Counted from the first letter of the stretch, positions 19,853-31,027 are shown. The stretch: DNA of 64,000 nucleotides from an uncultured Niastella sp. (GCA_966212235.1 CBIHPP010000002.1:291499-355498); one strand, 5' to 3'. Numbers and translations: made by a program. The notes: generated by a model not told the origin, from the sequence alone.

Positions 19853-20662
19853 TCAGTATATGGAAAGGTAACGGCTGATCGATCTTTCAAAGAGAGCACG
19901 GGCGCCTTCAGCAATATTCATCCACTCAAAAGCTCCATACATAGCGTCGAATGGCAGGGGGTGCACTCGTTCATATATAAGTTCAATGTCTTTTTTGGGG
20001 AGGGGAATGTGATTGGGGTAACTATACATGAAGGCCATGTGCCGGCGGCTGGGGGCCACATAAATGCTGTCGCCGGTAAGTAAACAACCTGCTCTTCCAT
20101 GATCAGGTAAATGGAGTATGGTGCTTCCGGGAAAGTGTCCGCCTACGTGTACAATACTAATATTATCCCAAAGTGTTTTTATACTGCCCGACCACGATTC
20201 AATATATCCTCCCGGATCTTTGACCCACTCCCTATCATTGGCGTGTAAATAAATAGGACAGTCGAAAGCGGTAGCCCAGTCCTGCATTAAACTATAATAA
20301 TGCGGATGTGAAATAACAATGGCCCTGATGCCTCCCAGTGATCTGATAAAGGCAATGGTTTGATCGTCGATAAAAGGTAAACAATCCCATAATACATTGC
20401 CGGAAGAAGATAGAACCAAATGTGCCTTTTGTGCAATGGCAAATGCCGGCGTTATTCTTAAATCGTATATAGTAGATTGCAAGCGGGAAAAACGAATGCT
20501 GCTTTTGGCGGCTAGTTCATTATAACTTGTCCATATTTGTCCGGTAAAACCAGGAAACTGCCGGTCGTCGGCACAGATCTCGCACATAGTGGGAATAATA
20601 GAAGTACCATACCGCACACCACAGGTATGGCATATGTTCTTTGCCGAAGGCGAAATAATCAT
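19853..20662 (-). CDS. Metallo-beta-lactamase fold hydrolase with N-terminal Cys motifs
   Basis: CHTCG...CEICADDRQ; ISHPHYY; GGHFPGS; LLTGDS. Confidence 0.85.
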   Translation of the reverse strand: MIISPSAKNICHTCGVRYGTSIIPTMCEICADDRQFPGFTGQIWTSYNELAAKSSIRFSRLQSTIYDLRITPAFAIAQKAHLVLSSSGNVLWDCLPFIDDQTIAFIRSLGGIRAIVISHPHYYSLMQDWATAFDCPIYLHANDREWVKDPGGYIESWSGSIKTLWDNISIVHVGGHFPGSTILHLPDHGRAGCLLTGDSIYVAPSRRHMAFMYSYPNHIPLPKKDIELIYERVHPLPFDAMYGAFEWMNIAEGARALFERSISRYLSIY

Positions 20663-21182
20663 AGAAAAGTATTTGCGTAGAATTGCTACTATAGAAATGT
20701 CAGACCTTTAACCAACAGATGCTGCTGCCAGTGTTACGAATAATGATACTATGATATTATCCACTACAGGTGAGAATGTGCATCAATGTTTTCAGGGTTG
20801 CACAGACATTGCCGGATCGCATGTTCGATATTATCATGATATCAGGGTTTCTGATAATGCAAAGTTAATACCAGAAATTTTTTCTTATGAAATTGCAGAC
20901 AACGCCGTATAGATCAGGATCAAACATTTTTATATTGTTGTGCATGTGTTTTCACCTTTTCGCTGATGATGTTTTTTGCGTATATTTATAATTCACCAAA
21001 GAAAAGGAGGTATTCATGAAATCTACAGATCATTCATGGACACTTTCGGTTGGTATCGCCTAGCCGGGGTATGTTCCATCAAAATATCTGCTGACATAAG
21101 TCAGGAAGTCTCCCGATACATCGGGAGGCTTTTTTTATTCGCACCGCGTTCAAATTACAATGCACAACTTTTACCTTAGCGT

Positions 21183-22010
21183 ATGCTTACAGTCACCGAA
21201 CTATATATTTATCCCATTAAATCATTAGGAGGGATTGCCGTAAACTCCGCCAGTCTTACCGATCGTGGTTTTGAAAACGATAGAAGATGGATGCTGGTTG
21301 ATACGAATAACCAGTTCCTGTCACAGCGCGAAGTGAATGCTATGGCTTTATTAAAAGTGCAACTGACTGAACAGGGACTGTTGGTCAAAAATAGCAGTGT
21401 AGCAGGCGCTGAACTGCTGGTGCCTTTTCAACCTGCTACTGACGAAACCTTTACGGTTACGGTGTGGAGCAGCCATTGCCGTGCACAGCGGGTAAGTGAT
21501 GCTGCCGATGCCTGGTTCAGCAAACAATTGGGCATAACCTGCAAACTGGTTTACATGCCAGGTAGCACTCACCGCTATGTTGATAGCCGCTATGCGCATA
21601 ATAAAGAAATTACCAGTTTTTCTGATGCCTATCCTTTGCTCCTGATCTCACAAGCATCCCTCGATGAGCTGAACAGCCGGTTACCGGCTCCAATACCTAT
21701 GAACCGGTTTCGACCCAATATTGTATTTAATGGTGGAACGCCTTTTTTGGAAGATTCCATGAAACATTTTGAGATCAATGGTATTAACTTATTTGGGGTG
21801 AAACCCTGTTCCCGTTGTGTAATAACCACTATTGATCAACAAACCGGCGAAAAAAACAAAGAACCACTTAAAACACTTAGCTCATATCGTTTAAAATATA
21901 ATAAGACATACTTTGGCCAGAATGTAGTGTATGAGGGAAGGGGTGTTATTAGTATTGGTGATGTCATAACCATTCGCGAGCAAAAAGCTGTGGAGGTTTT
22001 ACCTGAATAA
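21183..22010 (+). CDS. MOSC domain protein (YcbX/mARC-like, no Fe-S domain)
   Basis: LYIYPIKSLGG, DRRWMLVD, FSDAYP, RFRPNIV, KPCSRC, FGQN. Confidence 0.92.
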   Translation: MLTVTELYIYPIKSLGGIAVNSASLTDRGFENDRRWMLVDTNNQFLSQREVNAMALLKVQLTEQGLLVKNSSVAGAELLVPFQPATDETFTVTVWSSHCRAQRVSDAADAWFSKQLGITCKLVYMPGSTHRYVDSRYAHNKEITSFSDAYPLLLISQASLDELNSRLPAPIPMNRFRPNIVFNGGTPFLEDSMKHFEINGINLFGVKPCSRCVITTIDQQTGEKNKEPLKTLSSYRLKYNKTYFGQNVVYEGRGVISIGDVITIREQKAVEVLPE

Positions 22011-22149
22011 TGTTTGTCCACAAATAAGTGTCAGTACCTGTGGAAAAACGTCAACACACTGCGTGCATTTTAGTTAGATTATCAGTAAAAATGGGTGGCC
22101 TGTTATTTTAACTATGTAAGGCCCTGATAACTTACTAAATGCACTGCTC

Positions 22150-22380
22150 ATGAAAAGAAATTCTAATAAACAACTCATTCATTTACCTGCCTCCGAGGAT
22201 TCTACTTTGCTGCGTTTGGCTTATAAGAATGAAGAAGTAATAAATGAAGAAGCAAACGTTACAGCTGATAAAGAAAAGGCTATCCTGAAAGCCAAAACTC
22301 CCAATAAACTTTTTGTAAAAGAGCCACTCCCGCTTTTTGATGACTATAAGTATAAAATAAAGGATCACGATCCATTATAA
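22150..22380 (+). CDS. Small hypothetical protein
   Basis: 76-codon ORF whose stop abuts the convergent PorP stop; no motif recognised. Confidence 0.45.
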   Translation: MKRNSNKQLIHLPASEDSTLLRLAYKNEEVINEEANVTADKEKAILKAKTPNKLFVKEPLPLFDDYKYKIKDHDPL

Positions 22381-23454
22381 CTACTGTATCGGACAGGCAC
22401 TTTTACTGTTTATACGTGGTTTACAGGCATTACCCGATTCCTGATCATAAGTACTTTGGTCCCATACAAAACCCAATTCAGAACTACCAGTGGTATAGGA
22501 GTACCGGTTTTGACCCACAGGTGCGTCGTGCGCTATACCAGCCCGCACTTTGTATCCATCGCCGCTATGACCGGCCAGGTTGATGGATAGGGTAACTGTA
22601 AAGGCATCATAATTACGAAAATTGACGCTGCCGCGGTACCATAAACCCAGGCTGATATCATACTGATTTTGGGTGATCTCGGTTCCTACCTGAAACGAAT
22701 TTTGCTTAGCCTGTGAATATACAATACCGGCTATGCTATAGGACCAGGTTTGTTCGGGATTGGTATAAGTATACATGACATTGCCAGACCAGCGAACGGG
22801 TAACTGGCTGCGAAAGGAATCGGCTGTATTGGTGATTGATTCATCGGGCCGGTTTACGTGGTGGGCGCTACCGCCCAGTAATAGTCGATTATTTTCATTC
22901 CAGTTGTAATTGAAGAAAAGCCCGGCTGAAAAATCAGGGTACCATTTACCGCTGTTTACAGCTTTGTCAGCAGAAGATACGCTGCCGGGAATTACACCAT
23001 CCACATCCAGTTGATCAGCAAAAACCAGCTTACTGTAATCAATTCGTCGTTGCACGAAACCAAATTGTAATCCACCACTGGCGAACCAACGGGGCTCATC
23101 CCCATTTTCTGCCGGTGATAAAGTGCCCGAGCAAATGGTATATGCATAGGACCCATAGATGCCGGTCTTTTTCAGGTAGCCTTCGGTAGAATGAGTGCCC
23201 ATTAATCCAAAACCTCCGTTGAGGGAAGGAATGAATTTATCGATCGATACGGCGCTGTATGAAATTTGAGAAGGAATGCTCCACCATTGCCGGCGATAGA
23301 TGCCACTCACACGAAGATCGTAATCACCTGCCCCCGTTGCTGCCGGGTTAAGGTAAATAGGTGATAGAAAGGATTGTGAAAATACCCCGTCCTGCGCATA
23401 CACAGCACTGGTAACCAGAAGGGCCATTAATGCAGTTAGTAGATATTTGAACAT
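22381..23454 (-). CDS. PorP/SprF family T9SS outer-membrane protein
   Basis: FSQSFLSPIYLNPAATG, YRRQW and HHVNRP motifs; start moved to MFKYLL (signal peptide); directly downstream of a CTD-B cargo. Confidence 0.9.
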   Translation of the reverse strand: MFKYLLTALMALLVTSAVYAQDGVFSQSFLSPIYLNPAATGAGDYDLRVSGIYRRQWWSIPSQISYSAVSIDKFIPSLNGGFGLMGTHSTEGYLKKTGIYGSYAYTICSGTLSPAENGDEPRWFASGGLQFGFVQRRIDYSKLVFADQLDVDGVIPGSVSSADKAVNSGKWYPDFSAGLFFNYNWNENNRLLLGGSAHHVNRPDESITNTADSFRSQLPVRWSGNVMYTYTNPEQTWSYSIAGIVYSQAKQNSFQVGTEITQNQYDISLGLWYRGSVNFRNYDAFTVTLSINLAGHSGDGYKVRAGIAHDAPVGQNRYSYTTGSSELGFVWDQSTYDQESGNACKPRINSKSACPIQ

Positions 23455-23536
23455 AATTCTATTTCGGGTTTGTGGTTCTTTATACTCGTGACGCACGCAA
23501 TTCATTGATGCCTCAATACTCTTTCATTCCTCATTT

Positions 23537-26500
23537 TTATTTAACTACCGTAATAAACCCGGCCTTTACATGCTTATCGCTTCCCGGATACTGCATGCCT
23601 TTCCATTCGGTACCGTTTATATACCGGCCTTCTATTTGCCAGCCATAACTGTCCTGTTGCAAAGGTTGTCCGTTGTATCTTCCATCCCAGGGTTCGCTGG
23701 GCGATCCATTGCCATCGAGCCGGCTTGTTTCAAATATCTTTTGTCCCCACGAATTAAAGATGCGCAACCGGTATTGCGACAATCCTTTACCCATGGGCAG
23801 AAACTGCCGTAAAGAGTGGTTGCTGCAACCCGGGCAAATGGCACTGGGCACATATAAATAGCCTGGTATATACAGGATGCGTACACGCACCGTATCATAG
23901 CCACTGCAACCGGTTCCATAATCCTGCACCAGCAACTGCACGCGATAAGAACCCGTATCAGCATATTGATAGGTGATCTTTTGTCCCGAAAGTTGCTGCC
24001 GGGTACGGTCACCCATATCCCATTGATATATTTTATTGGTGTTGGTTGGTATGGAATCCCAAAATGTAAAGGTGTAATCAGGTTGTACCAATACGTTTGA
24101 TGGCGACAACGCAATAGCAGGGCGTGGTAATGGTTGAATGTTCAGGCTGCCCCCTGAAACAGTATCACCGCATCCGGCTTCATTTTCGGCCAGTACCTGA
24201 ATAGTAAATAATGTTGGCACAGTACTAAGGGCCGGTGCACGGAACCGGAAATTAAACGGACTATCCATACCCTCCAGGCCATTATTGATAAACCATTTCA
24301 GGTCTACTTTATCGGTACCGGTATATTTAATGCCGGCCCTGAACGAGATGGTTGTATCATGATTGCAGGTGCTGCTATTAGCCGGCGTGTATTGAACTAC
24401 GGGTGTATTGTGTACTTCAAAAGTATAGGTCGTGCTATCTGCGCAATCCGATGTGGTATGCACTACCAGCTTCACCGAATAAATGCCGGGTTTCTTATAA
24501 ATATGCGCTGCAACCATACCGGTGCCTTTGAATACAAAGGGCGACTGGGTGCTGTCGTAAAATGTCCATTCCGTTTTTATGGCATTTGCTGCGCCCGTTG
24601 CGGTAGTTTGTAAGGTATATGGAATGCAGGTCTTACCCGGGCGTACCGATATTTTCGAAATGATTTTATCTGTTACTACTACCACACGCGAAGCGGTATC
24701 TGTACATACCATACCTGAATTGTTCAGTTTTTTGGCAACCTGGCGAATGGTGTATGTACCTGGCAATAGATAAGTATGTGCGTTTCCCGCCGAAGTAATT
24801 TGCCCGTCACCCCACAGCCACTCATAGGCAGTAGCATTGGTTGCGGTATTGGTTGTAAACACATTGCTACCGGTGCAAATAACAGGATAGCTGATATTGA
24901 ATCCGGCAATGGGCTTACTGTATACGGTGACATTGCGATATATCAATGTATCGGTACAACCGTTTTCCAGTTTGATACTTATTGTGTATTTGCCGCCATT
25001 GACGTAAGTATGGTTTACGATATTTTGAGTATTCGGTGTTGTTGCTAATGGCGATCCATCGCCAAAATTCCAGGTAAGAATGGAAGCGCCGGTACTGCTG
25101 TTGTTAAACGTAACGGCATGCGGAGCACAACCTTCCAGTTGATTTCCGTTTACCGATACATGTGCATCAATGGTGTTTGGCATTACCAGCAGGCTGATGG
25201 TTTGTGTATCGCGCCGGCATTGATTTTCGGCAATCAGCCTGAGGTCGAATGTGCTGATGGTCCCTGTATGATAAATATGAACGAAGGTGTTGTTGCTGGT
25301 AGTTGTATCCCTAAAGCCATCGCCAAAATTCCAGTAATAGGCAAAGTTGTTACCGGCCGATTTATTGGTTATAGTTACATCAAAAGGAGAGCAACCCTTC
25401 GTGGTATCAACTGTAAACCGGGCCTTTGCATCGGCATATACCAGCACGCTGTCACGATGGTACGAAGTATCGCACCCGTTATAGGCTTTCAAGGTAATAT
25501 AATAGGTCGTATCGCGAAAATCAGGACTGTTATTATAAGTAACAACGGAAGGTGACGGCTGGCTACTGGTGATGCCATTTCCAAAATTCCAGAAGAACTG
25601 TATGCCATTTAACTGGCTCGATGTATTGGTGAACGCGACCTTCAATGGACCACAACCTTTTGACATATCTTTTGTAAAGCCGGCCGTAACGCCTGGTACG
25701 GTATGAAAGATGGTCTCCATACTATCGGCTTTACAACCATGGGCGCTGGTGGCAACCAGCTTTACCACCACGGTTTGGGCCTGGCCGGTAATCGGATAGC
25801 TGGGAAATGCACCGTTTGTATTAGACCCAATACTTACTCCGTTGGCATACCAGTTATACATGCCATTGCCTTGGGGGAATGGAATCGTTTTAATTACAGA
25901 ATCCAGATTTACCGGTGCACATTTGGTAGTGCCGGTTGCCGTGAATTGTGCTTTGGCATCGGGATTTACAATTATTTGCACATTGGCTGTATCGGCACAA
26001 CCGTTGGCCAGTAACCCTGCAACATAATATGTAGTTGTTACAGATGGGGTTGCAATTACAGTGTCTGGCGTAATACCAGTCAATGTTGCTGTTGGCCACC
26101 AGGTATATGCAGTGGCGCCATCAGCCGCCAGTTTAATACTGTTTCCAATACAAATAGCAGTGGCCGCGGTGGATATGGTAACTACCGGCCGGCGTTTTAC
26201 GGTGATATATATGGAGTCTTCCGTAGCGCAATTGGCGCCAATAGAGGCTGTTAATTTATAACCATAGGTGGTATCGGCTGCGGTGCCTGGATAATCGAGG
26301 GTTAAAAACGGATTGGCGCTTCCCGCATTATTAAGTCCGGTTGCAGGTGACCATTGATACGTTACACCATTTACCGCTGGTGAACCAATGGCAATGGTTT
26401 CCCTGCTGCAAATAGTGACGTCATTCCCGGCTTTGGCAACAGGTTTATCGATAATGGTGACGGTTGTATTTACCAGGGCACTGGTGTTGCAACTGCTGTC

Positions 26501-28627
26501 GATTACTTTGAATTGAACCGCAAACGTTCCGGTACTGGTATATTGTATGGTGCCAGGATCCAATTGGGTTGCTGTGGCGGGCGTGCCGTTGGCAAACGTC
26601 CATTGATAGCCCATAGGGCCGGGCGAATAGCAAGTGCTTGTAATAGCTGATGGCAGAAGCCCGTTACTGATACATACCGGACCGATGGTATTGATGGCCG
26701 CATTGGGTAACCCCTTTACATAAAACGTATCTTCTTTAAACGATTCCGGGCAAGCAAGCCCGGCAGTTACGGCAGTAACCAAAAGACGCACAACATACCG
26801 GCCTGGTACATTGAATTGTATTTCAGGCGAGGCGCTGTTCAGCGTTGAACCGTTTATAAACTGCCAGGTAGGGGATTGGCCGGTTCCACAACCCAACGGA
26901 TCGCTATAGGTTACCGTCCATTTATAATTATCGCCCTGACATCCGTTTGCCGGTGAAGTATTGGTAAAAATGGCGCTGCCAGCTCCGCAACTGCTTTTGC
27001 GGTTCATAGTGAATTGAGCATCGGGGGCCTTGCGAACGCAGATCACCTTCATCGTACTGTCTAAACCACACTTATCATTAAATATATACAGCTTTACCGT
27101 GTACGTACCGGTTGCTGTAAAATTCAGATTTAGTAAACCAGTACCGGTTGTCCATAAAAAGCCATTTGTGGAACTACCGTTTAATGAACCCGTGGAGCCT
27201 GAGGTGATCGTATAACCGGTAGCCGGAGAAATGGTCCAAACCTGTTTGCCCGAATTGATACAGGTAGAACCGGTGCCGCCGGTGGGCGTGATCACTGACC
27301 CATATGCCGAATTGCTGATGAGGGATACGTTTGTATTGGTGCACACTGTTTCGGACGGGGCAATGTATATATTGGCGCGTGGCTTACCCGATACATAGAT
27401 GGGCACTACCGATGGGCTGGTAGTACCGCAAGGGTTTTCGATGGTTAAATAAGCCCCAAATGCATTGTTGAATGTATTATTACCGCTGCTGCTTACAAAG
27501 GAGCAGGAACCTTGTGAAAAGAAATGCGATGCAACCGATGGCGGAACATGTTGAAATACCTGCGCAGCCGTACCATCATTAATAAGGAATGTATACTGTG
27601 TGCCTGGCGGGTTGGCTGAAATATTGTTGATGGCAAACCGCAATGAATCGGATGCACAGATATCCGTATTGCCAAGACTCGACAAACCGCCTGCCGGCGT
27701 AGAACCGAGAAATACAATGTATTTTTTAATTCCTATACAGCCATCGGAGCCGGTTACGCTAACCGTCATGGTGCTGCTGCCTAAAGGGAAAATGTGTTTT
27801 ATGATAGTGGCTGCTGGCCAGGTATTGAATGTAGTATCAGGTGTACCATCGCCCCATGAAATGGCATAGCTGGTATTAATAGGCGTTGTAGTTGACTGAT
27901 TAATAAAGCTAAAAATATAGGAAGCGATATTCGAGCAGCGCCTGAAAGTAGGCACGCCATTGAAGGTACCAAAGCTTATAGCGGCATCGGCATTGCCAAC
28001 CGTTGCATCCGGAACATTTTTAACGGTAACATTTCGGGTAGTTGAATCTTTACAACCATATAAATTGGTAACAACCAGTTTTACGGGGTAAACCGTTGTG
28101 CCGGGCATGCCTACCGCTTGTAGAAATTGGTGGGTAGGGTTGGCCAGTGTGCTGGTACTGCCATCGCCAAAATCCCAGTCGTACGACAATCCGGTTCCGA
28201 TCGATTGATCCGTGAATTGCGTATTGATATTTCCACAAACATTATCTGGTGAGAAACCGAAACCGGCTGTGGGCCTGTTATTCGAAACATGCACCACAAT
28301 AAACATGGAGTCAACCATATTTCCGCCGTCTACTAATTGATTGGTTATATAGAACCCTGCAGCTGGATAATTCACGATGATGGGTCCCAGGCCGGTAGCC
28401 GTTGCCTGGCTGCCACCGGTAAATTTCCAGTAGATATTCATAGAGCCCTGTGCTGAACTCTGGTAGGTAAGCGAATTGCCTTCACATACCCGCACGGTAT
28501 CTCCGTAATTTATAATCCGGCCATCGGCTCTTATACCGGCTGTCACCTGCGTGAATGCCGGAGATGCAAAGAGTATCGGGATCAACAATAATAATAACAA
28601 GACAGACGACTTTCTGGTCTGACGCAT
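23537..28627 (-). CDS. Large PKD-repeat surface protein with T9SS type B (gliding-motility) C-terminal domain
   Basis: Signal peptide; repeated WDFGDG/WNFGDG PKD motifs; C-terminal IFNSWGQKIF...WDGRYNG...GFITVVK. Confidence 0.92.
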   Translation of the reverse strand: MRQTRKSSVLLLLLLIPILFASPAFTQVTAGIRADGRIINYGDTVRVCEGNSLTYQSSAQGSMNIYWKFTGGSQATATGLGPIIVNYPAAGFYITNQLVDGGNMVDSMFIVVHVSNNRPTAGFGFSPDNVCGNINTQFTDQSIGTGLSYDWDFGDGSTSTLANPTHQFLQAVGMPGTTVYPVKLVVTNLYGCKDSTTRNVTVKNVPDATVGNADAAISFGTFNGVPTFRRCSNIASYIFSFINQSTTTPINTSYAISWGDGTPDTTFNTWPAATIIKHIFPLGSSTMTVSVTGSDGCIGIKKYIVFLGSTPAGGLSSLGNTDICASDSLRFAINNISANPPGTQYTFLINDGTAAQVFQHVPPSVASHFFSQGSCSFVSSSGNNTFNNAFGAYLTIENPCGTTSPSVVPIYVSGKPRANIYIAPSETVCTNTNVSLISNSAYGSVITPTGGTGSTCINSGKQVWTISPATGYTITSGSTGSLNGSSTNGFLWTTGTGLLNLNFTATGTYTVKLYIFNDKCGLDSTMKVICVRKAPDAQFTMNRKSSCGAGSAIFTNTSPANGCQGDNYKWTVTYSDPLGCGTGQSPTWQFINGSTLNSASPEIQFNVPGRYVVRLLVTAVTAGLACPESFKEDTFYVKGLPNAAINTIGPVCISNGLLPSAITSTCYSPGPMGYQWTFANGTPATATQLDPGTIQYTSTGTFAVQFKVIDSSCNTSALVNTTVTIIDKPVAKAGNDVTICSRETIAIGSPAVNGVTYQWSPATGLNNAGSANPFLTLDYPGTAADTTYGYKLTASIGANCATEDSIYITVKRRPVVTISTAATAICIGNSIKLAADGATAYTWWPTATLTGITPDTVIATPSVTTTYYVAGLLANGCADTANVQIIVNPDAKAQFTATGTTKCAPVNLDSVIKTIPFPQGNGMYNWYANGVSIGSNTNGAFPSYPITGQAQTVVVKLVATSAHGCKADSMETIFHTVPGVTAGFTKDMSKGCGPLKVAFTNTSSQLNGIQFFWNFGNGITSSQPSPSVVTYNNSPDFRDTTYYITLKAYNGCDTSYHRDSVLVYADAKARFTVDTTKGCSPFDVTITNKSAGNNFAYYWNFGDGFRDTTTSNNTFVHIYHTGTISTFDLRLIAENQCRRDTQTISLLVMPNTIDAHVSVNGNQLEGCAPHAVTFNNSSTGASILTWNFGDGSPLATTPNTQNIVNHTYVNGGKYTISIKLENGCTDTLIYRNVTVYSKPIAGFNISYPVICTGSNVFTTNTATNATAYEWLWGDGQITSAGNAHTYLLPGTYTIRQVAKKLNNSGMVCTDTASRVVVVTDKIISKISVRPGKTCIPYTLQTTATGAANAIKTEWTFYDSTQSPFVFKGTGMVAAHIYKKPGIYSVKLVVHTTSDCADSTTYTFEVHNTPVVQYTPANSSTCNHDTTISFRAGIKYTGTDKVDLKWFINNGLEGMDSPFNFRFRAPALSTVPTLFTIQVLAENEAGCGDTVSGGSLNIQPLPRPAIALSPSNVLVQPDYTFTFWDSIPTNTNKIYQWDMGDRTRQQLSGQKITYQYADTGSYRVQLLVQDYGTGCSGYDTVRVRILYIPGYLYVPSAICPGCSNHSLRQFLPMGKGLSQYRLRIFNSWGQKIFETSRLDGNGSPSEPWDGRYNGQPLQQDSYGWQIEGRYINGTEWKGMQYPGSDKHVKAGFITVVK

Positions 28628-28998
28628 ACATTCAGGTTAGGGGTTAAATAGGGGATCCGGAAGGGTTCTACGGTATTTTCATGAAAGGATATAACGATTC
28701 AATACAATCAGCGCAAACGCTGGCCCAACTGCAATTGCTTTCGGGATCAATCTTTGACCGGGGAAATAAAATGCCTGTAAAAGCGATGTATGATCTGTCG
28801 CTTTTTTCGTTTTAAGGCTAATTGTTATGCCCTCCGGTTTTCTTTTTTTTGTGGAAGAGGTATCTAAAGATGGGCGCTAATATACAGAAAAAAGATGTTG
28901 CCTCATTAAAACGTTAAGGAATCCCTAAACAGGGACAGCAAAATAAAAAGCTGCAACGGCTGTTAAAAGGACTTTGTCTGGTAACACAAATTAAACGC

Positions 28999-29532
28999 AT
29001 GAAACCATTACTAATTGCTACGGGCATAGGGCTCCTCTTGTGCCTGTATAGCTGCGACCCGGATTATGACGATAATCACTACAACGGAGATATTCAAGCC
29101 TATGTGCCCGTGTACATGTCTGCAACTGAAAAGAATGTTTCCCTCTCCAGCGCACGAACAACCGAAAAATCAGGAAAAATATATGCCTTTGGGAATTACA
29201 TTTTTCAGAACGACTTAAATAAAGGCATCCACATCATTAATAATACCGACCGGTTACATCCGCAAAAGATTGCCTTTTTAAACATTCCTTACAATACTGA
29301 ATTCGCGGTAAAAGGCAATTACATATATGCCAATAATGGAAATGACCTGGTGGTAGTGGATATTCGCGACATTATGCATCCTGCTGTGATCAAACGGTTG
29401 GAAGAGGCATTTCCATATGTTGGCCAGAAATACCCGCCCCAAACCGGTTATTTTGTTTGCCCTGATCCTGCGAAGGGCGTTGTGGTAGATTGGGAACTTC
29501 AAACTGTAAAATCAGCTAACTGCAAGCGCTAA
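28999..29532 (+). CDS. Lipoprotein with LVIVD-type repeats
   Basis: Lipobox LYSC; GKIYAFGNYIF, GIHIINN, AVKGNYIYANNGNDLVVVDI. Confidence 0.8.
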   Translation: MKPLLIATGIGLLLCLYSCDPDYDDNHYNGDIQAYVPVYMSATEKNVSLSSARTTEKSGKIYAFGNYIFQNDLNKGIHIINNTDRLHPQKIAFLNIPYNTEFAVKGNYIYANNGNDLVVVDIRDIMHPAVIKRLEEAFPYVGQKYPPQTGYFVCPDPAKGVVVDWELQTVKSANCKR

Positions 29533-29543
29533 AAAATACCAGT

Positions 29544-30284
29544 ATGAAAAAAATATTACTTTTTATAGGGCTATCGATTGTGCTGTTAGCAGCAATTAAA
29601 TGCCAAAAAACATCTGATTCCGGCACCAACACGGGCACCGGCGGTTCAACAGCCAGGTTTGCCATTCAGGGTAACTATTTGTATATAGTTGACAGGTCGA
29701 ACCTGAAGGTGTTTAACATTGCTGATCTGGCTGATCCGGTTCTGAAAAATACGGTACCGGTTGGGTTTGAAATTGAAACCATTTATCCGTTTAAAGATAA
29801 ATTGTTCATTGGATCAACGAGTGTGGTGCATATATTTTCTGTAGAGGATCCGGAATCTCCTGAAAAATTAAGCACGGCCATTTCCCCCGAGGTTATTCGC
29901 CGTTGCGATCCGGTAGTGGCCAAAGATTCTGTGGCATTTGCTACTTTACGTACGAATAGCATGTGTGGTGGTACTCAAAGCATACTGGCCGCCTACGACA
30001 TAAAAGATATTACCAAACCGGTGCAAAAAGCAACCTTCCCGGTTAGTGAACCATATGGATTGGGCTATGCTGATACCGCATTATATGTATGTGATCGCAA
30101 TGGGTTGAATGTTTTTAATATCAAAAATGCGTTCGATCCCAAACTCATTAAAACGATCAACGATGGCTGGTTTATGGATGTGATCCCCTATAACAATACC
30201 CTTATTTGCCAGGTTCAGGATGGACTGAGTTTGTATGATATTTCCACGCGCCTGGATCCAAAACTTATTACAAAAATTAAATAA
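29544..30284 (+). CDS. LVIVD-repeat probable lipoprotein
   Basis: GTGGSTARFAIQGNYLYIVD, IETIYPF, CDPVVA, PYGLG. Confidence 0.82.
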   Translation: MKKILLFIGLSIVLLAAIKCQKTSDSGTNTGTGGSTARFAIQGNYLYIVDRSNLKVFNIADLADPVLKNTVPVGFEIETIYPFKDKLFIGSTSVVHIFSVEDPESPEKLSTAISPEVIRRCDPVVAKDSVAFATLRTNSMCGGTQSILAAYDIKDITKPVQKATFPVSEPYGLGYADTALYVCDRNGLNVFNIKNAFDPKLIKTINDGWFMDVIPYNNTLICQVQDGLSLYDISTRLDPKLITKIK

Positions 30285-30952
30285 TGCACCGTATCAGTTT
30301 ATTCTGCCTGCTCCTGTTGTTAATGGCAGCAGTTGGTAATGCTCAGTCGTATTCTTCCCGTACATGGCGGAACGACACCGGGAAAGTATACCTCAGGGCG
30401 AATCCGTTAGGTTTAACAGATGTATTTGATGGAAACGTTTCATTTGGTGGAGAGTACCGGTTAAATAAATCCTGGTCTGTTACTATGGATGCAGGTTATA
30501 TTTTTTATTCGATATATACCGGCAACGCTAAAAGGACCAGCGGTATATTACTACGTCCCGGTATTCGAAAATATACGAGTAAATACAGAAACTGGTTTAT
30601 TGACCTGCAATTTCACTATAAAAGTGTGGAGTATCATATCAACGACTGGCTGGGGAAGGATGTAGTGAATGATGTGCCTACATATGAAGAGAAAAAAGTA
30701 TTCCATTACCGGAAACGGGTAGTGGGCACACAAATTCTGTTCGGAGGCAGGAAAGCATTAACAAGGAACCACCGGTTGTTTCTCGAAATATTTGGGGGGC
30801 TTGGCCTTCATTATAAGGAAGAATGGCTTCCCGACGAAGCTAACAGCCGGTATGCGCCTACTTCATTTAATTTTAGATCTGCTTCATCTGACAAAGTAAA
30901 TCGTTTGTTACCTGCTTTTCCAATGGGCATACGATTTTTATATGCGTTATAG
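30284..30952 (+). CDS. Outer-membrane beta-barrel protein (DUF3575-like)
   Basis: Signal peptide; LRANPLGL; amphipathic strands; C-terminal GIRFLYAL. Confidence 0.65.
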   Translation: MHRISLFCLLLLLMAAVGNAQSYSSRTWRNDTGKVYLRANPLGLTDVFDGNVSFGGEYRLNKSWSVTMDAGYIFYSIYTGNAKRTSGILLRPGIRKYTSKYRNWFIDLQFHYKSVEYHINDWLGKDVVNDVPTYEEKKVFHYRKRVVGTQILFGGRKALTRNHRLFLEIFGGLGLHYKEEWLPDEANSRYAPTSFNFRSASSDKVNRLLPAFPMGIRFLYAL

Positions 30953-30965
30953 CAGATAAATCGCG

Positions 30966-31008
30966 AAAGCTGAACGCAGAATGCCGTAAGCGTTTTGCGT
31001 TCAGCTTT
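30966..31008. terminator. Bidirectional hairpin built from heptamer units between convergent genes
   Basis: AAAGCTGAACGCA ... TGCGTTCAGCTTT, perfect 13-bp arms. Confidence 0.75.
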
Positions 31009-31027
31009 AATGATGCGTTGAGCGGTA

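Noticed and set aside
20976-21179. 67-aa ORF upstream of MOSC
   Set aside because: No motif and an atypical start; it lies in the divergent promoter region
23570-28314. Many short ORFs within the PKD gene, and similar ones within susC, ybbP and suf genes
   Set aside because: Alternative-frame or antisense shadows of long, motif-supported CDSs
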